From positions 124,001 through 188,000 of the IMG/VR virus record IMGVR_UViG_3300044701_002789: a DNA stretch of 64,000 bases; one strand, given 5' to 3'. The notes under the pieces are model-generated. The model was not told where the DNA came from. It did not search any database and saw only the letters and a program-made list of their open reading frames with translations. Position numbers and translations under genes: made by a program. Positions within the stretch are counted from its first letter, which is position 1. Each line of letters opens with the position of its first letter. Below are positions 44,558 through 53,829 of this stretch, piece by piece.

Positions 44558-45091
44558 TTATCTACCACTATATAAAAGTTTTCTGTAAACTAACGTTCTG
44601 AAATATGAAATCTCATTTTGTCTTATGTGACAAACATTAGATCCTACTTCTGGATAAGTGTAGTTTCTATTCATATTTAAGTGAAAATTTAATCCATAAA
44701 ACCCATTCTCAGTCGTACCAAGACATGCAATTAATGGATGTTGATCATAAAGTAAATCTGGTGTCTTAGCATTGTATATGTAAGTATAATAATTTCCTGG
44801 AGCAATTGCTGATCCATTTACACCAAAAATGCTTAAAATTGCATCCATAATTTGATCTGGATCAGTTATATTAACAATTGCTCTCCTCAATCTCTCCACT
44901 CTACTTAAGGTTCCTGTTGCCTTCTGATAATCCTTATCATTAAGAATTACATCAATTAATTGCGACTTAGATAAAGAATTATAATTGGATGTAGAACCTT
45001 CTCCAGATTTGGTAATATAATATACTGTAAATTTTTTAGCAATCTGAACCAATTCATTTTTGGTCTTAGATTCTAAATCTGCAAAATCCAT
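44558..45091 (-). CDS. gp2-like DNA end protector homolog
   Basis: PGNYYTYIYNAK...YDQHPLI...GFYGLNFH. Confidence 0.65.
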   Translation of the reverse strand: MDFADLESKTKNELVQIAKKFTVYYITKSGEGSTSNYNSLSKSQLIDVILNDKDYQKATGTLSRVERLRRAIVNITDPDQIMDAILSIFGVNGSAIAPGNYYTYIYNAKTPDLLYDQHPLIACLGTTENGFYGLNFHLNMNRNYTYPEVGSNVCHIRQNEISYFRTLVYRKLLYSGR

Positions 45092-45148
45092 AGATTTTTG
45101 ATATTATTTATTGCCAATAAAAAGGAGACCATGAGATCCCCAAATCTT

Positions 45149-45301
45149 TTAGTCGTAATGCTTCACACCATCGCGAATATAACCTCTTCCGTGCTTATCA
45201 GAAAACCTAATCCCCTTTTCTTCAAACTCTTTCCTGAGTTCTAGGCGGCGGGTTTCGTACTCAATTTCCTTAGCAATCTTTCGGAGTTCGCTTTTGTTCA
45301 T
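45149..45301 (-). CDS. Hypothetical protein, 50 aa
   Basis: Hand-translated; own dyad promoter 45324-45380. Confidence 0.6.
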   Translation of the reverse strand: MNKSELRKIAKEIEYETRRLELRKEFEEKGIRFSDKHGRGYIRDGVKHYD

Positions 45302-45369
45302 GGTTTTGTTGTGTCTTTGGTTATTATACCAAGTTTAGTGGACTGTTGGGTGTAATGTGTGACAGTTTA

Positions 45370-45621
45370 TCAACTGTCCTCGTCTGGTGTAAACTTACCA
45401 TCCTTAATCCAACCTTTTCTTCCTCCGCTAGTTGCACGAATGCCACGACCACGAGTTCTTTCGTGATAAAGTTCATCACTTCTTTGTCGCATTTTCGCTA
45501 TTTTTTCCTTTTCGCGCTTTGCTATTTCTTTCTCCATTCTTGCCTGCTCTTTTGAACTGCTCAAATCTATAAAAGTTGCTCTTTCAAGAATATCCATAAA
45601 GTCCTTAAAAGTCTTTTGCAT
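45370..45621 (-). CDS. Hypothetical protein
   Basis: Co-directional ORF. Confidence 0.7.
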   Translation of the reverse strand: MQKTFKDFMDILERATFIDLSSSKEQARMEKEIAKREKEKIAKMRQRSDELYHERTRGRGIRATSGGRKGWIKDGKFTPDEDS

Positions 45622-45642
45622 TGATCTACTTTATATTTTTTA

Positions 45643-45858
45643 TTATTTATCTTTTTGATAGGATTTTAAAGAGAACATATACTCCAATCTTGTCTTATCC
45701 TCATTTAATTTAATCTGTTTAACATATTTTTCCACATGCTCACAGAGTTCCAATTCTTCATCATTAAATGGTATATTGTTTAATCTCTTATGCTTTATAA
45801 CTTGAACAAATTTTGTTACAGAATCTACAGGTAAATTTAAAAATTCCTCGTAAGACAT
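45643..45858 (-). CDS. Hypothetical protein
   Basis: Co-directional ORF. Confidence 0.65.
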   Translation of the reverse strand: MSYEEFLNLPVDSVTKFVQVIKHKRLNNIPFNDEELELCEHVEKYVKQIKLNEDKTRLEYMFSLKSYQKDK

Positions 45859-45875
45859 GTAGATAAAATAGACAT

Positions 45876-46025
45876 CTAATCTAATTTATCTAGTCTCTTA
45901 AGTCCTTCTGAAATTGTATTAAGAAAATCCTCTTCGGTCCATGTATTTAATTTTGATTCTATGGGATCATTTTCATCCCAACTAATTTCATATTCATTAT
46001 CCTTAATATGCTTTACATTGATCAT
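45876..46025 (-). CDS. Hypothetical protein
   Basis: Own dyad promoter. Confidence 0.6.
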   Translation of the reverse strand: MINVKHIKDNEYEISWDENDPIESKLNTWTEEDFLNTISEGLKRLDKLD

Positions 46026-46106
46026 TGCTATCCTCCAATGTTTTAATGAGAATAGCACTCCCAGAAAAATCTAGGAGTGCCTCTTGTGTCAGTTCCTCAA
46101 GTGTCC

Positions 46107-46361
46107 TCACAAGGACCTTGTGATAGCATCACTTAATCCTTCCCAAAAAGACTTACGAGGTGTCCAAAATTTACCTTCGGGTCCACAATAATCTTTAAAA
46201 TTATGAGACCGTTCATTCTCACAAAAAAGATATGCAGATTTAATTTCTACTTCACCTGTAACCAAATTTGTTTTAGAAGTAACAGGTCTGCGACAGTGAT
46301 GATAACCGTGTTCATAATAATGATAATTACAATCTTTACAGAGTTTTTCAGTATCAGTCAT
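46107..46361 (-). CDS. Cys-rich protein
   Basis: CKDC...C...C...C. Confidence 0.7.
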   Translation of the reverse strand: MTDTEKLCKDCNYHYYEHGYHHCRRPVTSKTNLVTGEVEIKSAYLFCENERSHNFKDYCGPEGKFWTPRKSFWEGLSDAITRSL

Positions 46362-46641
46362 TGATGAACTCCAGTTTGGGTATACCATTTACATCAAAAG
46401 TTACTAGTGCTTCAACTCTATGAGTAGCATCTGAATTCCAAACAGCATTCTTGAACTCTACAGTTTCCTTCTCTGGATACTTTGCTACAAAGTTCCCATT
46501 CTCGTCAAGTTCATTAGCATCTACATCTCCAAGATAATGAAGATTTAGATACTTACGAAGTTGAAGTTGTTGGTCTGCTTGAAGTTCCACAGTAATAGGA
46601 ACAATAAATTCATTTTTAGGAGGGTAGAGGTCTTCAGTCAT
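46354..46641 (-). CDS. Hypothetical protein
   Basis: Coupled ORF. Confidence 0.7.
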   Translation of the reverse strand: MTEDLYPPKNEFIVPITVELQADQQLQLRKYLNLHYLGDVDANELDENGNFVAKYPEKETVEFKNAVWNSDATHRVEALVTFDVNGIPKLEFIND

Positions 46642-46859
46642 TTTACTTCACGAATATAGATACTATCAAAAATCATAAGAGATAGTTCAAATTTAAGGTT
46701 TTCATCCACTTCTCCCAGTGCATTTGAAATTGCTTCTGGAATGAGTTGATTTTGCATTACATCCACATAGTTATCATTGGTCTCAAGATACCGAATGACT
46801 TCAGGAACCAGTGCATCTGCGAGTTTAGTTTTGGTTTCGTTTGATAAGGTCATAGTCAT
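46638..46859 (-). CDS. Hypothetical protein
   Basis: Coupled ORF. Confidence 0.7.
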   Translation of the reverse strand: MTMTLSNETKTKLADALVPEVIRYLETNDNYVDVMQNQLIPEAISNALGEVDENLKFELSLMIFDSIYIREVK

Positions 46860-47344
46860 TCTCCAATTACTTTGAAACTTTCAGTATAATCACCACTATC
46901 CATAAACCATGCAGAACTTGAATAATACTTTACATATCCTGTTGCCGTTGGTTTTTCTTTATACTCTTTACAATACTCATAATACTCTTCAGGAGTAATC
47001 TTAACGGTGCGAGCAATTTCGACAGGTTTCAAATTAAGATTATTCTTTTCCTCCTCCCTTTTGAGACGGTCAATCTCTTTCTGCATTTCTGCGACCTGTT
47101 TTTCCAGTTCTTCGTATTTGTTCATTGGTTTGATTTCCTCAATTTGGATGATGTCTCCTGCGGTAGGTTCATTAAAATCTTCAAGAAAACCATCATAAGT
47201 ATAATCACACTCATAATCACCTTCATCACATTTAAAACAATAAGGAAGACCTGTAGTATTCCTTGTTATTTTACCTTCAAAAATACCGATATTCCTAAAA
47301 GTCACTCGGACTTTCTTATCAACAAACTGTGAAAGGTCAATCAT
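46856..47344 (-). CDS. Hypothetical protein
   Basis: Own dyad promoter 47367-47425. Confidence 0.75.
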   Translation of the reverse strand: MIDLSQFVDKKVRVTFRNIGIFEGKITRNTTGLPYCFKCDEGDYECDYTYDGFLEDFNEPTAGDIIQIEEIKPMNKYEELEKQVAEMQKEIDRLKREEEKNNLNLKPVEIARTVKITPEEYYEYCKEYKEKPTATGYVKYYSSSAWFMDSGDYTESFKVIGE

Positions 47345-47379
47345 TGGAGTTGTGTGTTGTATGAGAGTATTATAACCCA

Positions 47380-47625
47380 TCAAGACCCAGAGTGGGAAGG
47401 GTCTTGTGACGGTTCTTGAAGTGTCTCCAAATCATTTGAAAGAATACGAAGGTCCATAGAACTCACCACCATTCTCCCATAACCATCATCACCCATAAAC
47501 TCCTCATACTCGTCTATGATTTTAAGAATTGCAGTTGCGAGTGCTTCCCTCATATCATCTGTGGGTTCTTGTGTAAGTTCTCCACAAAATGCTTCCCATA
47601 CTACAGATGCTCTTGATTTAGTCAT
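47380..47625 (-). CDS. Hypothetical helical protein
   Basis: Coupled ORF. Confidence 0.65.
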   Translation of the reverse strand: MTKSRASVVWEAFCGELTQEPTDDMREALATAILKIIDEYEEFMGDDGYGRMVVSSMDLRILSNDLETLQEPSQDPSHSGS

Positions 47626-47825
47626 TTTTTCCTTTTTGCAAGTTCCACAAAAAAATCCAAATCTTTTTTTCCTTGTTCACTACGGAAAACTTCTGAAGGG
47701 TCAACTGAAGTTCCACCCCAACTATCAATTTTAACCTTAATTTTAGAATGCTGCTTGTTATTGACTAATGAATTCCAAAATTTTTTAATTATTTTAACCC
47801 ATATTTTTTTCACTATTTTAATCAT
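47622..47825 (-). CDS. Hypothetical protein
   Basis: Start moved to MIKIV. Confidence 0.55.
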   Translation of the reverse strand: MIKIVKKIWVKIIKKFWNSLVNNKQHSKIKVKIDSWGGTSVDPSEVFRSEQGKKDLDFFVELAKRKK

Positions 47826-48093
47826 AAGTTTCCCACCTACCACCCTTGTAGTCCCAATGTCTGTTATCATAAAACCTATAATCAATATTCCAACCAAAAA
47901 GTTCAAAATCAAAACCAAATCCTGCGTGGTCTTGTCTCATTGTAAAATCAATGGAAAATCCAATGATAGCACTATTTTTAGAAATAGTCAAATCCCAGAA
48001 CTTATGAGGGTTCCAGGTTTTTCCCGATTTTTCATAGACAACAGAGAACCTGTTTGAGAATGGATTTGAAAGTGAGAAAGAAAGGTAAATCAT
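47818..48093 (-). CDS. Hypothetical protein
   Basis: Co-directional ORF. Confidence 0.65.
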   Translation of the reverse strand: MIYLSFSLSNPFSNRFSVVYEKSGKTWNPHKFWDLTISKNSAIIGFSIDFTMRQDHAGFGFDFELFGWNIDYRFYDNRHWDYKGGRWETYD

Positions 48094-48096
48094 TTT

Positions 48097-48324
48097 TTAA
48101 AGTTTTTCAAGTTCTTCGCATAGTTCTAAAATATCGGGACACATAATTACAACACCCACAGTGGTTCCTCTTTGCAGTTGATTTATGGTTTCACGAAGAA
48201 CAGAAGCAATAATTTTCCTACAATCTTTATCCATATAAGTATCAAATTGATCTACAGGGATCATTAGTGCTTCTGCATATCCTTCAACATAAGTATTCCA
48301 GATTTTTTGTGCTTGTTCTTTCAT
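48097..48324 (-). CDS. Hypothetical helical protein
   Basis: Coupled ORF. Confidence 0.7.
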   Translation of the reverse strand: MKEQAQKIWNTYVEGYAEALMIPVDQFDTYMDKDCRKIIASVLRETINQLQRGTTVGVVIMCPDILELCEELEKL

Positions 48325-48503
48325 AGTTCCTCCAAATCATCGGCAAGTTTCTTGAAGTCATCAGCAGTAAACCAAGCAAGTCCATTATCATCATACACAA
48401 AACTATCCGCCATAGCACGAATAGCAGCAGCAACACCTGTAGTTGGAAATATTGTAGCATTTGCTTCATATGCTTTCATAATCTTTTGTGCTCTTTCAGT
48501 CAT
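48321..48503 (-). CDS. Hypothetical helical protein
   Basis: Coupled ORF. Confidence 0.7.
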   Translation of the reverse strand: MTERAQKIMKAYEANATIFPTTGVAAAIRAMADSFVYDDNGLAWFTADDFKKLADDLEEL

Positions 48504-48667
48504 TTAGTTTTTTCCTCAAGTTGTTCAATTCTATTATAAAGTTCCTGTAAATGCATTACAACCTTAAATGGGTTCATCTTGAGATTATCTCCTACCTCAA
48601 CTTTGGTGATATCATCATATAAGGTTCCAACACTTTCGTAGTATTCCTGTAAATTTTGTTTATTCAT
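48500..48667 (-). CDS. Hypothetical protein, 55 aa
   Basis: Hand-translated; ATGA-coupled. Confidence 0.6.
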   Translation of the reverse strand: MNKQNLQEYYESVGTLYDDITKVEVGDNLKMNPFKVVMHLQELYNRIEQLEEKTK

Positions 48668-48897
48668 AGTAACTCCAACTCATCAACAATAGCAGAAATT
48701 TCTTTGATGCATTCATCCCGTCCAGCATCATAGCACATACCTTTTTCATCCTCCCAAACACTAACACCTCTTGGAAGTGTAAGTTGTTCCCGAAGTTTAA
48801 CAAGAACTTCTTGAAGTGCCAAAGCAGGATTGTGGTGTTTACTGTTCATAAGAACTTCCAAAAGTTCTTGTGCTTGTTCTTTTGAGTTTTCATTCAT
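48664..48897 (-). CDS. Hypothetical helical protein
   Basis: Coupled ORF. Confidence 0.7.
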   Translation of the reverse strand: MNENSKEQAQELLEVLMNSKHHNPALALQEVLVKLREQLTLPRGVSVWEDEKGMCYDAGRDECIKEISAIVDELELL

Positions 48898-49057
48898 ACC
48901 GTTCTGCCTCTTGACGAAGTTGAGATGGAGTTAGGTAATACCAGTTTGAATGGTTTTCAATCCAATCGGCAATCTCACGAAGAACATCTCGGGCATAAAC
49001 CCTATCATATCCCACAACTGGTGTAATTGTTTCAACCAATGTTTTTTGTTTAGTCAT
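48890..49057 (-). CDS. Hypothetical protein, 55 aa
   Basis: Hand-translated; coupled. Confidence 0.55.
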   Translation of the reverse strand: MTKQKTLVETITPVVGYDRVYARDVLREIADWIENHSNWYYLTPSQLRQEAERYE

Positions 49058-49289
49058 AACTTCTACTCAATAAACCATAAAACTCATCAAACCAGGTCAA
49101 TCCAAATGTTCTTTTACTTGAAATCTTATAGTCCGTAGTCATTATAGCACTCCACACTTGAAATGCATAATGAAATCTATAAAAACCAAGGTAAAACTCA
49201 TATATCTTATCTGCAACTGGTTCTGGTGTATGTTCCAAAATCCATACTAAAACTTTTTGATTTGGTGTGAGTAAGTCGTAGTCACTCAT
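49050..49289 (-). CDS. Hypothetical protein
   Basis: Coupled ORF. Confidence 0.65.
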   Translation of the reverse strand: MSDYDLLTPNQKVLVWILEHTPEPVADKIYEFYLGFYRFHYAFQVWSAIMTTDYKISSKRTFGLTWFDEFYGLLSRSYD

Positions 49290-49483
49290 TCCTGCAACTC
49301 CATTTCTTCAACACGTATTAGGTCTATTGCTTCTAACCAATAGGGACTTTCTTCAGCAATTTCCTCACTTACTTTCTTTTGCAGTTTCTCTGCATTTTCT
49401 TTTGATTTAAATACTCCGTGAATAATACTTGGAATAAACCCAGGTCCAACATCAACACTTTCAATAACCAGATAGATTTTCAT
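49286..49483 (-). CDS. Hypothetical protein (paralog of 59362)
   Basis: MKIY.V...VD.G...K..A...IEVEE. Confidence 0.7.
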   Translation of the reverse strand: MKIYLVIESVDVGPGFIPSIIHGVFKSKENAEKLQKKVSEEIAEESPYWLEAIDLIRVEEMELQE

Positions 49484-49525
49484 AGTTTAAAATAAAAAAG
49501 TTCTTGTGCTTGTTCTTTTGAGTTT

Positions 49526-49717
49526 TTAGACATCACATACCTTATTATAAAAAGTAATAAATCCACAACCTTCTTCACCACAACCACACACCACATAATC
49601 AGTTCTTATGATGTTTGTAGTATCAATCTCTCCTCGTTTTACCCGAGAATTGTAAATATTCTGTGCTCTTACAGCAGCAGACAAATCTTTAGGGGTCATC
49701 CAACGGTAACTGCTCAT
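49526..49717 (-). CDS. Hypothetical protein
   Basis: Coupled ORF. Confidence 0.65.
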   Translation of the reverse strand: MSSYRWMTPKDLSAAVRAQNIYNSRVKRGEIDTTNIIRTDYVVCGCGEEGCGFITFYNKVCDV

Positions 49718-49953
49718 AAAACCTCACATAAGGGAAACACACGAATATCTACGATAAATCCAGGTTTTGTATATTTGTCTCGGTATTCTGCTGCGAATAC
49801 TCTTGCATCTTTGTTAGTATCAAAAGGACCAAAATAACGATGAAGACCTTTAACTTCTTTATATTTGTTATAGACACCTACTATAAACTTATGAGAATGT
49901 TCGGGGTATTCGTCGTTCTCGGCAATCCAGGAATAGTATGCGTCCTTATTCAT
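49714..49953 (-). CDS. Hypothetical protein
   Basis: Coupled ORF. Confidence 0.65.
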   Translation of the reverse strand: MNKDAYYSWIAENDEYPEHSHKFIVGVYNKYKEVKGLHRYFGPFDTNKDARVFAAEYRDKYTKPGFIVDIRVFPLCEVL

Positions 49954-50188
49954 ACTTGACCTTACTTACCGTAATCACATTAGAAGCACGAGGAGCAACT
50001 TGAAGTTGTTCAGCATAAAGAACTCCTTGGTCTTTTACCATACATCCTCCCCGAACTTCAATGGAATGACCATTCAAAATCTTAATGGTAAATGCGGTTC
50101 GTTTGTCGTCACCGGTCAAGATTGTGATTTCATCAAAATCATTATCAATCTTGAGTTCATAAAAACTTTGCACTTTAATCACAATCAA
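49946..50188 (-). CDS. Hypothetical protein
   Basis: Coupled ORF. Confidence 0.65.
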   Translation of the reverse strand: MIVIKVQSFYELKIDNDFDEITILTGDDKRTAFTIKILNGHSIEVRGGCMVKDQGVLYAEQLQVAPRASNVITVSKVKYE

Positions 50189-50424
50189 ATCACCTTTTCA
50201 AGAATGGATTTAATTTTAGATGCATCGGCACAACCATAAGTACTTTCTTCATCAATTAATTTTTTAATTTCCGCAATTGCTTCTTCGTGAGTAATTGAAA
50301 GTCGTTCAAGATTTGAAATGTGTATATTTGCTCCTAAGTACAATTTGTCTCTAAGATAATGTTCGGCAAGTGAAATGTCGTTTGATGCTCTATTAAATTC
50401 AATGGTTGCTTTAAAACGAGGCAT
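50185..50424 (-). CDS. Hypothetical protein
   Basis: Own dyad promoter. Confidence 0.7.
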   Translation of the reverse strand: MPRFKATIEFNRASNDISLAEHYLRDKLYLGANIHISNLERLSITHEEAIAEIKKLIDEESTYGCADASKIKSILEKVI

Positions 50425-50447
50425 AATGTGGTTCTCCGTTAGTGTTA

Positions 50448-50708
50448 TTATCCTATCACATCCAGGTCTTTCCTGCGATGTCCTTGTGACGGTTCTACCT
50501 TTGTCTCCAACAGGTTCAAAAGTTCTCTACAAAGATTGATTTTCCCATAGTCAATTCCATCAGTAAAAATTCTGGTTGTTGGTTGAGGAATTCCATCATA
50601 AAACTCACCATACATTTCATAACAAGTTTTTTCACTTGCAATTTCTTTGAGTTTGTTAATAATAAGTTCTTGTTGTTCTTCAGTCATTTGCATTCCCAAA
50701 TCCATCAT
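50448..50708 (-). CDS. Hypothetical protein (paralog of 31252)
   Basis: Shared motif. Confidence 0.65.
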   Translation of the reverse strand: MMDLGMQMTEEQQELIINKLKEIASEKTCYEMYGEFYDGIPQPTTRIFTDGIDYGKINLCRELLNLLETKVEPSQGHRRKDLDVIG

Positions 50709-50865
50709 TAGTACCGAAAAGTTGATTGTAGTTATTCAAATATAACCAAAAGAAATGTCTATCACATTCAAAACTCTCATAAAATTCTGGTGAATTTTTC
50801 ATAAGTTTAACCCAACTATCAAAACACCAAGACCACATTATCCGTCTATACCAAAAGTTTTTCAT
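50680..50865 (-). CDS. Hypothetical protein
   Basis: Coupled ORF. Confidence 0.6.
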   Translation of the reverse strand: MKNFWYRRIMWSWCFDSWVKLMKNSPEFYESFECDRHFFWLYLNNYNQLFGTNDGFGNAND

Positions 50866-51404
50866 TGTCCTTTATGCTCCTTATCAAAAGGTGCTTTGAA
50901 GTAATGATTAGCAGAACTATGATACACCATTACACCTTCTGCATTCATAAATCCCGGAGAAGCAACAGAACCATAATTCCACAGTTTATCCATCACATCG
51001 TCAAGTGCATTTGTACTAAATTCACCTTGATAAAGAACCGGAACTACAGAACAACACTCGGGTGGTGGATTATCTTCGTTCCAGATGTTGGTATTGAAAA
51101 GAGAAAACCTTTTCTCACCTTTGGTAAGATTATAACCTCGTTGAATACCACTGCCCCACCACTCACCATGATGACGACCAGGACCAAGTTTCATAAGTTG
51201 GTCTTTGTTCTCCATTGACCAACGATGAAAACCAAAGTTATCACTCTCCACACTCAACCAACGATTACGAGAACCAACAAACATCTCACCATCATCGGTG
51301 ATGTAAATTACTCCATTGGTTCCGTCAATCTTTTCAGTAATGACGCATTCTTTATAGAGACGAGGAATTTTAGGAAAGGGAACGAATTCAGGGAGATTAG
51401 TCAT
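50862..51404 (-). CDS. RNA ligase (Rnl2-like nucleotidyltransferase domain)
   Basis: VITEKIDGTNG (motif I), SRNRW, DNFGF, GEWWGSGIQ, FSLFN, EGVM. Confidence 0.88.
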   Translation of the reverse strand: MTNLPEFVPFPKIPRLYKECVITEKIDGTNGVIYITDDGEMFVGSRNRWLSVESDNFGFHRWSMENKDQLMKLGPGRHHGEWWGSGIQRGYNLTKGEKRFSLFNTNIWNEDNPPPECCSVVPVLYQGEFSTNALDDVMDKLWNYGSVASPGFMNAEGVMVYHSSANHYFKAPFDKEHKGQ

Positions 51405-51484
51405 AAGGTTTTTTGCGTGTACGATACTACTATAACACAAAACCCCGAGTTACTCAAAGGGTCTTGTGACGGTTTCTTAAGTGT

Positions 51485-51721
51485 CTACTCCGGCACTCTA
51501 ATAAAATCCTTCACATTAGGAACAGAACCGCAAACTTTATTTGCATTTTCCTTTGCGACAATTCTACATGCAAGTATAGTTGTTAATGCTCTTTGGTAGT
51601 TCTCATAATTTCTTCGTGAATTTATGTGGTCAGAGACCTGAAAACCACCGGTTATGATACCAATGGTAACAAAAGAAAGAAAAATAAAAAATGTTTCGGG
51701 TTGATTAAAAAAATCCTTCAT
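51485..51721 (-). CDS. Small membrane protein (paralog of 56359)
   Basis: TM then YQ.AL.TI..CR...CG.VP. Confidence 0.7.
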   Translation of the reverse strand: MKDFFNQPETFFIFLSFVTIGIITGGFQVSDHINSRRNYENYQRALTTILACRIVAKENANKVCGSVPNVKDFIRVPE

Positions 51722-51726
51722 AACAA

Positions 51727-51978
51727 TTAAGAGTGTTTTAAAATAGCAGCAATAACAATAGAAATTGAGGCAATTACAAATACAATTGCAAACCTATGGT
51801 CCATTAGATATTGGATGGGAGTTCTGGGTTCCCAACCACTGAAATTAACATCACAAGGTTTTTCTGGATTAATTCTTTGAGTTTGGCAATAATTCCCAGT
51901 GAGAAAACAATAATCTAATGATGGAACATCTGTGATGTTGCAATGAGCACAGGTGCGACAGTTTTTAATTTGAGGCAT
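51727..51978 (-). CDS. Cys-rich membrane-anchored protein (paralog of 56698)
   Basis: IKNCRTCAHC...CD.NFSGW.PRT. Confidence 0.75.
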   Translation of the reverse strand: MPQIKNCRTCAHCNITDVPSLDYCFLTGNYCQTQRINPEKPCDVNFSGWEPRTPIQYLMDHRFAIVFVIASISIVIAAILKHS

Positions 51979-52116
51979 TTTTGTTACACTCTTTTAGGAC
52001 ATCACAAGAATATTTAACCCACAACAAATAAGAATGTTCTGGGTATTTTTCTCTTACGAACTCGCAAACAAATTTAATTGCTTTCACTTCAATGAAAAAT
52101 TCTTCATCTCGTTCCA

Positions 52117-52560
52117 TTATGAAAAATTGTAACTAACTTCAGTATAAAACTCAAGAGAACAAGGTTTATTGGAAAGTTCTTTTACACTTTCTGGAATAAA
52201 GTTTGAGAACTTATCAAAAAACTCTTCCCGAGTTGTAAAATCCATAAAGTTTGTGTAGTACTCCCCAAATCTATTCTCAAATCGTTTCTTCGCAATTTCT
52301 TCATCATATGTTGCAGTCATATAGAGACAATAAGTGGTCCATTCACCAGTACCGCATTTCCATCCAACCATAAACTTCCAAGGGTCATCCTCTTGAATTT
52401 CTTTGAGATGTTCTTGTTGTAGTTTCTCGTGATGTTCCTTGAGTTCTTCTTTAGTCATTACGGGTTTGGGGAGAGAGTTCAAGAACTCATCAATGATTTC
52501 TTGTTCTCTTTGAGTTGCAATGTCTCTCATTTCATCAAGAGTAAGTTGGGGTTCAGTCAC
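52117..52560 (-). CDS. Hypothetical protein (C-terminal half resembles 63661)
   Basis: GTGE..T motif. Confidence 0.7.
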   Translation of the reverse strand: MTEPQLTLDEMRDIATQREQEIIDEFLNSLPKPVMTKEELKEHHEKLQQEHLKEIQEDDPWKFMVGWKCGTGEWTTYCLYMTATYDEEIAKKRFENRFGEYYTNFMDFTTREEFFDKFSNFIPESVKELSNKPCSLEFYTEVSYNFS

Positions 52561-52784
52561 TGTTCTCTACTCCAATAATAAGTTAGTTTATTGTCTTTTG
52601 CAAAGATGTTTAAATGGTAAATCTCATTGTCTTTTGTTGAAACAGACAACCATAAGTGCTCGTCGGGAACCATATTTTCCAGATGAAAGAGTTTCACATC
52701 ATCCAATACAATCTCATCGGGATTTTCAACTCTTTCTGGAAGAAAGAATGCGTCTGGAATGTGCCCGTAGGTTTCTTCAGTCAT
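52557..52784 (-). CDS. Hypothetical protein
   Basis: Own dyad promoter 52807-52864. Confidence 0.7.
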   Translation of the reverse strand: MTEETYGHIPDAFFLPERVENPDEIVLDDVKLFHLENMVPDEHLWLSVSTKDNEIYHLNIFAKDNKLTYYWSREQ

Positions 52785-52854
52785 AAGTTCTCCATTGATA
52801 AAGTCATCATACCACAAAATTCACCACCCCACAAGAGGTAGTGTGACGGTTTCG

Positions 52855-53235
52855 TTAGTGGTCCAAGATAACCTCAAAGATTACCTTATGCTCATCATTT
52901 TTATAATAAGTATTGAAATTAAATTCTGTAGTCATATTCACAACTCTTGCCGTTCCAGTTTTTAACATTTCTGCAACCTGAAAATAACTATCGTTGCAAC
53001 TACTCACATCATAAGTTGTAACAGGTTTTGGTTTATAATTTATTGTTGAGTTTGTTGCGGTATAATAATTAGATGCAGTAATTCCAGTACCAGTATTTCC
53101 AGTAATACTTAAGGTTGATAGAGTATTAACATCCTTAAGTTTTTCTACAAATTCTGGGTCAAGTTCATGTTGAATTTTATTCTCAATCGGTGCAGGTTTT
53201 TTTAATTCTTCCCATTTTGCGATTAGTGGGTTCAT
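52855..53235 (-). CDS. Hypothetical protein
   Basis: Coupled ORF. Confidence 0.7.
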   Translation of the reverse strand: MNPLIAKWEELKKPAPIENKIQHELDPEFVEKLKDVNTLSTLSITGNTGTGITASNYYTATNSTINYKPKPVTTYDVSSCNDSYFQVAEMLKTGTARVVNMTTEFNFNTYYKNDEHKVIFEVILDH

Positions 53236-53456
53236 TTAACTTCCTCATAAGTTGTTTCACCAAGTTGAGTTGCACCTCTCCATCTTCCATTACATACTGT
53301 ACATTCAACAGTAAAAGTTGTTGTATTTCTATCTGGATTGATATTTACTCCATTTTTATCATATGTTGGAATATAATATACAAGAGTAGATGTACCTCCA
53401 CCACATATAAATTGACAGTTATCCCGTTCACAATCAGGATTTGGATTTTTAAACAT
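53232..53456 (-). CDS. Zn-ribbon-like protein
   Basis: C...C...CTVCNG. Confidence 0.65.
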   Translation of the reverse strand: MFKNPNPDCERDNCQFICGGGTSTLVYYIPTYDKNGVNINPDRNTTTFTVECTVCNGRWRGATQLGETTYEEVK

Positions 53457-53688
53457 TGTTTTCTTTCTCCTTCAACCAATCTTTTTCTACTTCCCATGCC
53501 CAGTTTACCACAACCCAGTCCATAATGCAATCGTCCTTTGTGTAGTTTTTATCTACATAATCTTTTCCAAATTTCCTATACATCTCTTCAAACCAGAAAG
53601 ACGCATACTCTACTAAAATCTGTTCTTCACTTAAGGTTCTTGTGATGCTTCCTATTGGGGAAGGGTAAGTATAGGCATAGTATTTCAT
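53449..53688 (-). CDS. Hypothetical protein
   Basis: Coupled ORF. Confidence 0.7.
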   Translation of the reverse strand: MKYYAYTYPSPIGSITRTLSEEQILVEYASFWFEEMYRKFGKDYVDKNYTKDDCIMDWVVVNWAWEVEKDWLKEKENNV

Positions 53689-53829
53689 TTTTCTATCCTT
53701 TGATAATCATTAAAACCATCAGGATTTAGATGCCCTAATGTTAGTTTGAGAATGGTTCCAGTAAGTTCGTGCTTCAGGACAACTCTATGAGAATACTGTT
53801 CCACAACAACATAAACATCATTAGAGTTC

